DNA of 64,000 bases. Source: a virus (taxonomy: Duplodnaviria; Caudoviricetes). Positions 55,922-64,000 of the stretch are shown here, piece after piece; position 1 is the first letter of the stretch, and each line of letters opens with the position of its first letter. A program made the translations under genes and the position numbers. The notes beneath the pieces are model-generated. The model ran no database searches. It had not been told where the DNA came from and saw only the letters and a list, made by a program, of their open reading frames with translations. The stretch spans positions 23,496 through 87,495 of IMG/VR virus record IMGVR_UViG_3300038443_000257, one strand, 5' to 3'.

Positions 55922-56974
55922 TTAGTTACTCGACGTCAATTTGATAATGGATGCGGGCCTTGTGGTAAAGTACAATGGCGCTGCCTCCATTTCGAACTCA
56001 ACAAATTCGTCGCGAACGTCGATGTACTGACGCACGAAGATTTCCTGACCGGGCTGGTTGGCCTCGGAGAGTTTAGCCGAAGGACCAGCATAACCACGGA
56101 ACAGGTCGCGCACACCTTCAGCAAAAGCGATACCGCTGTTGTCAGCGAATGCTTGCTCAGTAGTGCCACCCGGCAGGTTGAACGTTGCGTCATACGACAC
56201 AAACTTAATACCGCGCAGAGCGAATGCATCCATGATGCCCCACTGCATGTACGACGTATTGTCATCACGCAGGACCGTGTTGCCAGCGCCGTTAGCCATG
56301 TAGAACTGGTAAGCAGCTTTGACGTTCGGGTGCGAAATCAGCTTGTCGTAGAACAGCGGATCAACCAGAACTTGAATGCCCGAAATTGCGCCACCATTCA
56401 TAACGTTGGTCGAAACAGCCTTCTTCAGTTGACGGATAACCGAATCAACGTTAGTGGACGATGTGCCGAGCAGGAAATCCTGCGTAACTTGCGAAATACC
56501 GAATTCGCTGTACATGTCAGCAACAACCGTGCCGTCCGGGGTTTTCATAGCACCCTTCAGGGCTTGCAGCTTCATGTACTCTTGTGTTTGGTCCCAAGCA
56601 CGGCGCATGTCCGTCATTTTCTCTGCCGTAGCGCGACCGTACGTTTCCGAGTCGGTCGAGCCAGGAACGCGCCAGCCTTGGATGTCTTCGTTCGTCAGGC
56701 GGTCTTCGTGTTTGAAGTAAGCCAGTTTCAGGGCGAACGTGTCAGCTTTGCGCTCGTGGCCTTCCGTCGAAGCCTTGGCACCACGATTCACTTGCGGCAG
56801 CAGCGTAACGTTTGCATAGTCTTTGTCGAAGACGATAGCGGTTTGGTTGGTCGATTTGACCGAGAACAGATTTTGGCTGTTGATGTAGCCATACTGAATG
56901 GGGACTTGCGAAATCGAGTCAACGAAGTCAGCGTTCTTGAAGCTGTTGAAATAGTCGCGAATAGTCATGCTCAT
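55922..56974 (-). CDS. major capsid protein (lambda gpE-like family)
   Basis: 350 aa; EDIQGWR, TQEYMKLQALKG, FYDKLISHP; strongly biased codons; synteny. Confidence 0.9.
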   Translation of the reverse strand: MSMTIRDYFNSFKNADFVDSISQVPIQYGYINSQNLFSVKSTNQTAIVFDKDYANVTLLPQVNRGAKASTEGHERKADTFALKLAYFKHEDRLTNEDIQGWRVPGSTDSETYGRATAEKMTDMRRAWDQTQEYMKLQALKGAMKTPDGTVVADMYSEFGISQVTQDFLLGTSSTNVDSVIRQLKKAVSTNVMNGGAISGIQVLVDPLFYDKLISHPNVKAAYQFYMANGAGNTVLRDDNTSYMQWGIMDAFALRGIKFVSYDATFNLPGGTTEQAFADNSGIAFAEGVRDLFRGYAGPSAKLSEANQPGQEIFVRQYIDVRDEFVEFEMEAAPLYFTTRPASIIKLTSSN

Positions 56975-57010
56975 TTGAGAGTTCCTTTAATTATTAGACG
57001 CCGGGTTGGC

Positions 57011-57406
57011 TTAGACGCCGGTACGGACGTGGATGTTTTTAGCGCGCAGAGCGTTTGCAACGATGGTCTTGTTGCCCGAAGTGACGACATCTTTGTACAG
57101 CAGACCAGCATCAACAACACCAGCGTGACCAGTGCGCAGCACCGTCAGCGTGTAATCGCCGGGGGTAAGCGACGGGACATCCAGATTCGATTCGATCAGC
57201 ACAACCACATCAGCGTTCAGCGTTGCAACGTCAGCGTTAGCGACCCATTTGTATTTGCTCGTGCCGTCATATTGCAGGACAGCGCCGACATCCATACCAG
57301 CAGCAACCGTAACGGTCACAGCACGACGGCAGACGCCATGTTCCGGCATTTCTTCAAAAGCGAGAACGCCCGACAGTTTATTGCTACGAGTAGCGAGTTT
57401 AGTCAT
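57011..57406 (-). CDS. head decoration protein
   Basis: 131 aa directly upstream of the capsid gene; VGAVL. Confidence 0.75.
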   Translation of the reverse strand: MTKLATRSNKLSGVLAFEEMPEHGVCRRAVTVTVAAGMDVGAVLQYDGTSKYKWVANADVATLNADVVVLIESNLDVPSLTPGDYTLTVLRTGHAGVVDAGLLYKDVVTSGNKTIVANALRAKNIHVRTGV

Positions 57407-57969
57407 TATTTCGATTCCTTCTTGGTGGATTTCTTAGGGAGATATTGATTAAAATGTTCAACCTTCGGCTCGTCTTTGGCGTCTGCCTTGGTTTCTACGC
57501 CGACTTCATTGAACATCTCGCTTTTTGCCTCGGCAGCAGCATTAGTAGCGAAAATTTGCAGGAACGATTCGACTTTAGCGTCGTCCATACCTTCAGTTGC
57601 AGCCATAAAAGCAGCAGCTTTTTCAGTGCCCATTTGAGCTTCAACTTCTTTACGGCGGGCTTCCAGTTTTGCAGCCAGCGCATCAGCTTTAGCTTGTTCT
57701 TCGGCAGCGGCATAAGCCGACAGCTTTTCTTCGTACTCAGCTTTCATAGCTTCAGCAGCAGCCTTAACCGATTCCATTTCGGCAGTCAGGGCAGACAGTT
57801 GAGCCAGAACGGCTTCGTGCGCAGCAAGCTCGATAGTTTGAGCTTTATCTTCTACACTCATCGTTTCTTCCTTTTCTTGTTCAGGCAAATCGCCTGTAGT
57901 TACGACTTCTTCCGAAGCCTCCGGGGTTACAGGCGTTGCGCCCAACTTCTTTTTGAGAAAATCCAGCAT
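57406..57969 (-). CDS. capsid scaffolding protein
   Basis: Ala/Glu-rich coiled coil between protease and decoration genes. Confidence 0.75.
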   Translation of the reverse strand: MLDFLKKKLGATPVTPEASEEVVTTGDLPEQEKEETMSVEDKAQTIELAAHEAVLAQLSALTAEMESVKAAAEAMKAEYEEKLSAYAAAEEQAKADALAAKLEARRKEVEAQMGTEKAAAFMAATEGMDDAKVESFLQIFATNAAAEAKSEMFNEVGVETKADAKDEPKVEHFNQYLPKKSTKKESK

Positions 57970-57978
57970 AGTTATCCT

Positions 57979-58803
57979 TTAACTGAGCACGTAATCTACG
58001 AACTCGGAACGAGTCATAATTTTGTTGACCAAACCAATTGACAGAGCGTCTTGAGCGGAGTACACTCGTGCTTGTGTGTCCTTGAGGTCTTTTGTGGACA
58101 AGCCCGTGTAATTAGAGACGTGAGCACGGAATGCATCACCAAGCTCGGCAACACGCTTCTGCATGTCTTCAAGGAAGCCATCTCGCCACGAACCATCGTC
58201 TGCGAAAGGAACTTTGTCGCTGCCATCTGTAACGAATGTACGTTGAATGCCAGCTTGTTCAAGCTTCTTACTATCGTTGTAAAGGCAAATCAAGACTCCG
58301 ATAGAGCCCACGTCAGCGTAAGGGTTGGCAATCACTTCGTCGCAAGAACACGCAATAGCATAAGCAGCAGAACATGCTGAACCGTCAACGTAGCTAACGA
58401 GGCGAACACCAGCGGCATCACACATTTTGCGAAGTTCGTCAACTGATTCAAAACAGCCGTAAGCCTCGCCACCACCTGAATCAATGTCAAGAACAAGAGT
58501 TTTCGCTTTAGCTGCAATAAGTTCCTCAGCTTGATCCAGAAGCATTTCGTAGGAAAAACCTCCGCACATACCCTCCCAACCTGTGGAACGGTATGTAAGA
58601 GGTCCACGAATAGTAATCACTCCAATATCGCCAGCAACAGGCACATCTTTTTTATTTTCTGTGCTCTTACTGCCTTCGATATCGATCATGCCGGCGTTAC
58701 GAGCGTCAAGATAAGCCTCAACTTCTTGAAAGGCTGTTTTAGAAATTAGATGCGGGCGGTTTCGCAGGGAAGCGGTAAGCCGCAAAAGTTTGTGTTTATT
58801 CAT
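57979..58803 (-). CDS. prohead maturation protease, S49 family
   Basis: LDIDSGGG, ACSAAYAIA, VGSIGV. Confidence 0.9.
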   Translation of the reverse strand: MNKHKLLRLTASLRNRPHLISKTAFQEVEAYLDARNAGMIDIEGSKSTENKKDVPVAGDIGVITIRGPLTYRSTGWEGMCGGFSYEMLLDQAEELIAAKAKTLVLDIDSGGGEAYGCFESVDELRKMCDAAGVRLVSYVDGSACSAAYAIACSCDEVIANPYADVGSIGVLICLYNDSKKLEQAGIQRTFVTDGSDKVPFADDGSWRDGFLEDMQKRVAELGDAFRAHVSNYTGLSTKDLKDTQARVYSAQDALSIGLVNKIMTRSEFVDYVLS

Positions 58804-59542
58804 GCATTTGCTCCGTCAAGTATCGCTCCTTAAACTGGAGCCACGCAGGGTCTTCTTTTGGAATCCAACCAGATTTGAACTTATCTTTCATTTTCCAAGG
58901 GTTGCAGTTTAAGAAACCAAGCATTTCCGCAAGACTCCTTGCCGCTGCTTTAGGATGCTCCAAATGTTTCTCATAAAAAAGGTCTGCAACTGCCCACAAA
59001 TCTTTTCTAGCGGCGCTGTTTTCCCAAAGATTTCTCCCTGTCATGGCGAGTGCAAACTTCCTCTTAGATTCTTCACTCTTTACTCGCCCCGTGGCCTTTT
59101 GTCGAATCTTGTTTCGTGACTCTTCAGATAAGGGTCGCCCCTTCGACGCAGCGGACATCCTCTTACGGGTTTCTTCAGATATTTGTTTACCCTTGTGGGC
59201 CTTAGACATTTTTAGCTTAGAAGCTTCAGAATGACCCCTCCCGGAGAGGGGAGGTATCAACCCTCCGGGAGCCAAGTTCCATGCGACCTCAGCGACGGGT
59301 CGCAATTCAGACTCTACGAAATAGCAAAACTCCTCATCACCTTTCGCTATGACTGTTCTGAGGATATCGTCACCGTATTTCCGCATAGCCCGGTGCACCA
59401 AATACTCAGAACCACTCCTTACACTGTAGTCGTGCACAGTCATTCTTCGGTCAAAGTTGTTTGTAACACCAACGTAACCTTCAGACTTAATATCGGTATG
59501 ATTTTTATGTCTAATCCAATATACTACGTGGTCTTCAATCAA
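58796..59542 (-). CDS. GIY-YIG homing endonuclease with NUMOD3 repeats
   Basis: VYWI...GYVGVT...R...E...WNLAPGG; HSEASKLKMSKAHKG-type repeats. Confidence 0.85.
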   Translation of the reverse strand: MIEDHVVYWIRHKNHTDIKSEGYVGVTNNFDRRMTVHDYSVRSGSEYLVHRAMRKYGDDILRTVIAKGDEEFCYFVESELRPVAEVAWNLAPGGLIPPLSGRGHSEASKLKMSKAHKGKQISEETRKRMSAASKGRPLSEESRNKIRQKATGRVKSEESKRKFALAMTGRNLWENSAARKDLWAVADLFYEKHLEHPKAAARSLAEMLGFLNCNPWKMKDKFKSGWIPKEDPAWLQFKERYLTEQMHE

Positions 59543-61023
59543 GCTGAATTCTCCGAATTTTGCGAACTTGAATCTTTTTTAGTGGGTTTTGTTGCTGTTC
59601 CGTCGTAAGGAGTTTGCATCCCCTCTCCAGAATTACTGGATTCCATTGTAAACTCCACAGACTCTAAATCAGTGTCAGGTGGAAGTGTACTAACGCCGAT
59701 TGCGCGGAGAAGCCTGTTAACAACGTCTACATTCTTAGGAATAAGACCGATCGATCCAGTTCTCTGCATAAGTTTTCCTAATTCATCAGCGCTCATCTCG
59801 GAAATATCTCCGGGGATGAATTTAGGCAACCGTTCTATTTTCCACGAATTGAGTTTGTAGAGTTGCGGAACTAGATCATTGTTCAAGACATCAGCAATCT
59901 CATTGAGCCGGTGCCCCATCGCAAGAGACACAACATTTGTATCCGAATCAGCAAGGCTAAAAGAGCCAACTTCGCTACCACCCTTAAGAATATCAATTCC
60001 AAGTGCAGAATAAACTTCATCTGCGTAGCGACGAATAGCTTGATCGATGTTAGCACCGGGTATACCCTTCTTCTCCAGTAACTCAATCGAGAATCTATCC
60101 TGTTTGGTTTGTTCATCTACAAGCTTAGGGAAGATGATTCCGCGATTTGTACCTGCCTGCATGGTGTCAAGCAGTTTTTGGCAAGCTTGATATACTGCCT
60201 TCATATCATCGGGTGCATCAGCAGCCATGTACTCAGGTGGAAGTTTAATCAATGGAAGTCCAGCAGATTCTTTAGCAATGCCAAGAAGCTCCTGTGAACG
60301 GAGCATGTCAAGCTGTTTGTAAGCTTTGTACACACCTTTAAGAATAGAGTTGCCTGTAGGATCACCCTTAGTAGGGTCTGCACGGAAAAGCAAGAATTTA
60401 TCTCGCTTAATAGGAATAAGACCGTGCTCATTGGCTTGATCCATGAACATTGCTGCGTGTTCAAGCTTATAGATGGATTGTTCACAACCCAGCAGATCAC
60501 GACCATCTTCAGAGAACGTCCAACGTGCAATAGTGTCTTGTGAGCGCGGAGTGAGCTTGCGGATTCCAACTTTACCGTCGTTAAATTTGCTACCGTTCTT
60601 ATAGAGGCGGCGGCGGTAGACCTTCTCCTGTACAGAGAATCCGTAGGGAAGATATGTAACTACATCGGACATGAACTCTGCCCACGAGCCTTCCATGTCG
60701 TCCATGCACGACTGAACAAATTTAGCACGCTCTTTTTCTTCTTCTGTGGCGTCTACAGGTGGAACTACGGTCCAATTGACACGGGACAGCAGCATCCGAT
60801 AAGTGTTCATTGCAGATGCAATAACTGCATCATTGAGCATTTCTTTGACCGTGATAACAAAGTTATCAAGATGAAATGCCCTGTTCGGATCGTCAATAAC
60901 TTTCCCAAAAATTGTGCGAAGGCCGATAAAGCCTGTTTCCCCTAACTGAATACGGGGCACTGCAACACCATCGTCAGCCGCCAGAGCAGCCGTATTATCT
61001 TGTGGCTTCTTTTTAGCGGCCAT
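59539..61023 (-). CDS. portal protein
   Basis: 494 aa after TerL; YGFSVQEKVY, PTGNSIL, GSFSLA (DUF935-like). Confidence 0.88.
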   Translation of the reverse strand: MAAKKKPQDNTAALAADDGVAVPRIQLGETGFIGLRTIFGKVIDDPNRAFHLDNFVITVKEMLNDAVIASAMNTYRMLLSRVNWTVVPPVDATEEEKERAKFVQSCMDDMEGSWAEFMSDVVTYLPYGFSVQEKVYRRRLYKNGSKFNDGKVGIRKLTPRSQDTIARWTFSEDGRDLLGCEQSIYKLEHAAMFMDQANEHGLIPIKRDKFLLFRADPTKGDPTGNSILKGVYKAYKQLDMLRSQELLGIAKESAGLPLIKLPPEYMAADAPDDMKAVYQACQKLLDTMQAGTNRGIIFPKLVDEQTKQDRFSIELLEKKGIPGANIDQAIRRYADEVYSALGIDILKGGSEVGSFSLADSDTNVVSLAMGHRLNEIADVLNNDLVPQLYKLNSWKIERLPKFIPGDISEMSADELGKLMQRTGSIGLIPKNVDVVNRLLRAIGVSTLPPDTDLESVEFTMESSNSGEGMQTPYDGTATKPTKKDSSSQNSENSA

Positions 61024-61050
61024 TATTGCTCCTTTTCTTTACTGAAACGA

Positions 61051-61079
61051 ATTGTACCATTGCAAGTAAGTCTTGTCAA
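61051..61079 (-). promoter_or_regulatory. promoter upstream of the portal gene
   Basis: Minus strand TTGACA-17-TACAAT with extended -10 TG. Confidence 0.75.
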
Positions 61080-61089
61080 ATTTGTGCTA

Positions 61090-62520
61090 CTACACCGATG
61101 GAATTGGGGATGGCTGAGTATTTACGGACAGAGTAAACGACGGAATAGTGATCTGCTTCATAACAGCCTTACACGCCGTAGCCGTGCTATCCCACATGTC
61201 GTCCTTCTGATTCCTATTGCCGTCAATATAATCTTCTAGCTCGTTGAACCACATTTCATTCCACTCGCCCCTTACCACCCGGACAAGCCCCGCCTCCGCA
61301 AGAGACAAGAATGGTTGCATACGAGACAGCTTGCCAGTGTGTCCTGAAACCATCTCTGTGCGAGCGTCTACACCATTCTCTACAAGCGTCTTAATGAAGA
61401 ACATATTTGCTGCCGCTCCGCCAGCGCCGGGGTCTTTCGGAATAAACACAGGAACTTGTTGCCCTAGCTCGTCGCGATCCTTGATAGCACACTTGGCAAT
61501 CTCTTCAAGAACCCCGTGCGTCAGCTTTCTATATCGCTCAACATGTTCGACGTAATAGAAACCATCTTTTCCTTTAGAAATGCGGGTAGATGCCGTCCAG
61601 TCGGGATTGGGGTTACTTTCTGACTTGAGTGTACTCGCTAAGTCCATCCCCCTCGCACGATTACTAACTAGTGCAGGAACTTTATCAACAATCTCACACC
61701 AATCTCGTTTAAAATACCCTGACGACTCTTCCTTGGCAAACCACGAGCCAAGCAGCAGACGTTCACGCTCAACACGCTTAAGGTTCTCAAGACGGGCCAC
61801 GTATCCGGGGTTGAGCACCTTCATCCTTGGGTTGTCCCGAATAGTGGCGCTGATGAACGTATAGCTCTGTGGCCGTACTCCGGGATATGTCTCAATCAGT
61901 TCTTCTTTTGTATCAGCAAACACCATCGTCCCGTTGTACGAAGCGTAATACCGCTCAACACCTGAACGCTCAGGAATGGGAATACCTGTGTCTTGATCCA
62001 AATACCAGTTCACAAAAGGCATAAGATGGCTGTCGCGACGTGGGTTGCAAGTGCAACATAGTTGGTGCGGGCCTTGAGCTTGTGAGCGAATACGCGACTC
62101 CAAATATCTAATTTGAACATCGGTATGATTCTGCGCTTCGTCAAATACGACAAGGGAAAACTGTCCACCGTCAAAGTTTGTAATATCTCTGTCTGCACCG
62201 CAGACTTTAAACTGCACTTGTGCACCTGATGGGAAAGTTGCTGTCATCTGAGGGTGCGTCTTGAACTTAGCGCCAAATTGGCGCCACATCTTTTCTGCTT
62301 CTTGATACAGGCCACCGGCTTGCGAAAGCTGGGTACTTGTCTCTCGAATGAAAACACCCCTAAAATTGGGGTCATCTTTATATTTAAGAACTTTGAGGAG
62401 GGCTTGGTGAGATTTGCCACAACCGGCACCCCCACCAAAAATAATATAGTCACTTGTACAGTCAAGGAATTTTTTGTGGGTGATAGAGTCCGGCCCCCAC
62501 ACTGTTTTTTGTTTTTTCAA
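61090..62520 (-). CDS. terL: terminase large subunit
   Basis: Walker A GGGAGCGKS, Walker B VFDE, TCNP, DLA, PDWT, KDDMWD. Confidence 0.93.
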   Translation of the reverse strand: MKKQKTVWGPDSITHKKFLDCTSDYIIFGGGAGCGKSHQALLKVLKYKDDPNFRGVFIRETSTQLSQAGGLYQEAEKMWRQFGAKFKTHPQMTATFPSGAQVQFKVCGADRDITNFDGGQFSLVVFDEAQNHTDVQIRYLESRIRSQAQGPHQLCCTCNPRRDSHLMPFVNWYLDQDTGIPIPERSGVERYYASYNGTMVFADTKEELIETYPGVRPQSYTFISATIRDNPRMKVLNPGYVARLENLKRVERERLLLGSWFAKEESSGYFKRDWCEIVDKVPALVSNRARGMDLASTLKSESNPNPDWTASTRISKGKDGFYYVEHVERYRKLTHGVLEEIAKCAIKDRDELGQQVPVFIPKDPGAGGAAANMFFIKTLVENGVDARTEMVSGHTGKLSRMQPFLSLAEAGLVRVVRGEWNEMWFNELEDYIDGNRNQKDDMWDSTATACKAVMKQITIPSFTLSVNTQPSPIPSV

Positions 62521-63134
62521 TCTGTTATCTCCACTTCATAATTAATCAAAGCGAAATAAAGATCATCAGAAATCTTCCCGCGAAATTTGTTAGCTTCGTA
62601 AGAAATCAACTCTTCTTTCTTTTTCTTGTAAGCTTGAAACGCTTCGATTGGTGTGTCATAAACCCCAATGTGGCCTTTGCCAAAGCTGTCTCTAGCACGC
62701 ACATTTCCGACCCGAGCCACATATTTTTTAATTTTCTTAAAATATTGCACACCAATCGGCAAGTCGCCACGGGAAGCGTTAGATTTTGCAAGAAGCATGT
62801 TGATGCTGTTAGGGACAAATCTGCAAGTATCTTCAGAGTAGACTTTGTTATTCTTAATCAGTATGTCTTTCTCAAGTTGGTATCCCGTCTCACCAAACCC
62901 AATTTGTTTATTGCACCACTTCGCAAACCACTGGAAATTCTTAAAGTTCTCCGACACAGAGCAACCTTTATAGCGTGGTCGCAACTTGTTCATCGCTGGC
63001 GAGTAGCAGCGTGCAAGCATGTTCTTCCAAAGTTCATATTCTGGCGTCTTACGGTTCTTTCCGTCTTCACCTTTACAAGAGCGTTTATATTCACCGTCTT
63101 CGCTTACACCAACTCCATAAACTAATTTAATCAT
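62517..63134 (-). CDS. HNH-like homing endonuclease family protein (LEKD variant) with AP2-like domain
   Basis: WKNMLARC...FKNFQWFAKWC..QIG..YQLEKD..YSEDTCRFVP..IN; LPIGV. Confidence 0.75.
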   Translation of the reverse strand: MIKLVYGVGVSEDGEYKRSCKGEDGKNRKTPEYELWKNMLARCYSPAMNKLRPRYKGCSVSENFKNFQWFAKWCNKQIGFGETGYQLEKDILIKNNKVYSEDTCRFVPNSINMLLAKSNASRGDLPIGVQYFKKIKKYVARVGNVRARDSFGKGHIGVYDTPIEAFQAYKKKKEELISYEANKFRGKISDDLYFALINYEVEITD

Positions 63135-63224
63135 TTTATCTCCGTAATAGATTAATAGATGTGACTATCTGAGATTACGGCTCAGAGAGGGAGCTACCCG
63201 ATTCGCCACAAAACTTGAAACAAC

Positions 63225-63256
63225 AAAAAGCCACACAGCATTCCTGCCGTGCAGCC
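63225..63256 (-). terminator. intrinsic terminator
   Basis: Minus strand GGCTGCACGGCA-GGAA-TGCTGTGTGGCT-TTTT. Confidence 0.65.
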
Positions 63257-63312
63257 TCCTTTAGAATATTGACTAGCCGCTGCCTAGTCTGCCTATACTT
63301 AGTCTTTACAAC

Positions 63313-63497
63313 TTGGCCTAGACAGGCGCTTACGCGGTGTGCCCTATATTTAATGAGCGCGCACATCACAAACGCTCTTATTCGGTGTCGCAGCGCCACT
63401 CAACCATGCCTGCGAGCTTTAGTGACCTTGATGCCACCCTCTCCACTAATCCGCTTTCGCGGAGTATGCCCAATCGGAGCGAAGTCCCTCTAGGCAA
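63313..63497 (-). ncRNA. candidate multibranched structured non-coding RNA
   Basis: Closing helix GCCTAGA/TCTAGGC encloses hairpins TCCGC-GAAA-GCGGA, GTGGC/GTCAC, TCGCAG/CTGCGA, GAGCG/CGCTC, GCG-TAAG-CGC; no credible ORF. Confidence 0.5.
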
Positions 63498-63533
63498 ATT
63501 TGTTACGAGTATTAGTTGGTTTCCCAACCGATG

Positions 63534-63836
63534 TCAGCCCTCGTCGGCTTTCGTGACCTCGACAGTAATCCTGCAACCAGATTCTTTTCTAATTACATTA
63601 CCTTCTGCATCAATCGACACAGTTGACCAATCTCCACCGATAGTCCCAACTGTCAAGACACCTACCTTACTACCAACAGACGACAAACTTTCAACCTGTA
63701 GGACTTCTGGCTTCGCTTCCTCTTTCTTACCGAAGATTGCATCGAAATTATCGTAATAATTCTTCCAACCAGTGCCACGGGGCCGAGACCCCTTACCAGC
63801 ATCTGCATGAAATGTTTTCGTATTGTTATCAGACAT
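63534..63836 (-). CDS. hypothetical phage protein
   Basis: AGKGSRPR...YYDNFDAIF; AAGGAG RBS. Confidence 0.7.
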   Translation of the reverse strand: MSDNNTKTFHADAGKGSRPRGTGWKNYYDNFDAIFGKKEEAKPEVLQVESLSSVGSKVGVLTVGTIGGDWSTVSIDAEGNVIRKESGCRITVEVTKADEG

Positions 63837-63848
63837 ACATCTCCTTTA

Positions 63849-64000
63849 TTACAAATACAATCCGCCTGTCCCGGTGTCTGTATATCCTGCTGCGTTACCC
63901 GGCATAATTGTATTAGCTGCACCGTAAGATTGGACCATCCCGCCAGCGTAGACATAATAACGTGTGCCAACTGAACCTGTTGTCGTGAATGTGGTGTTGT
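63849..64000 (-). CDS. C-terminus of a tailspike/beta-helix-like protein, 5' end truncated by window edge
   Basis: Hand translation ...GSVGTRYYVYAGGMVQSYGAANTIMPGNAAGYTDTGTGGLYL*. Confidence 0.55.
   Translation of the reverse strand, partial: NTTFTTTGSVGTRYYVYAGGMVQSYGAANTIMPGNAAGYTDTGTGGLYL

Noticed and set aside
63313-63497. tRNA or tmRNA interpretation of the structured RNA (7-bp terminal helix followed by CA)
   Set aside because: No T-psi-C (GTTCRA) arm, D-arm or tag reading frame could be identified.
62517-63530. Group I intron containing the HNH-like ORF and splitting terL
   Set aside because: TerL looks complete from its own TTG start, with Walker A near the N-terminus. No P7 core was recognised, and a terminator lies inside the putative intron.
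1-64000. CRISPR array, guide-RNA repeat array, DGR/reverse transcriptase, integrase, or stop-codon reassignment
   Set aside because: No regularly spaced nucleotide repeats and no RT or recombinase motifs were seen by eye; core genes translate intact in the standard code.

Overview
A 64-kb slice of a tailed dsDNA bacteriophage genome (Caudoviricetes, siphovirus-type long non-contractile tail), standard genetic code. No integrase, repressor, CRISPR array or recognisable tRNA was seen, so it looks lytic. The + strand arm (about 2-33 kb) carries early/middle genes: many small accessory ORFs, a SleB-like hydrolase, two nucleotidyltransferase-like genes, ThyX, a T7 gp4-like primase-helicase, a family B DNA polymerase, a probable SSB, exonucleases, a MazG-like pyrophosphatase, class Ia NrdA/NrdB and a glutaredoxin. 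The - strand arm (about 33-64 kb) is the morphogenesis/lysis module: TerL, portal, S49 protease, scaffold, decoration, major capsid, neck, tail tube, frameshifted tail chaperones, tape measure, tail tip/fibre and a GH19 endolysin. About 11 free-standing homing-endonuclease-like genes are interspersed. Best leads for undescribed biology: (1) two paralogous small proteins ending in W-x-x-S-...-C, encoded directly upstream of a nucleotidyltransferase-fold enzyme; (2) a complete Hint/mini-intein domain at the extreme C-terminus of the tail fibre with a 4-residue C-extein; (3) a multibranched structured RNA candidate upstream of the terminase region, plus several anti-Shine-Dalgarno RNA elements; (4) an autonomous cassette encoding a secreted CCGVPVSA-repeat protein with a PEP-CTERM-like anchor. 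All product calls come from manual motif recognition; no database searches or folding programs were run.
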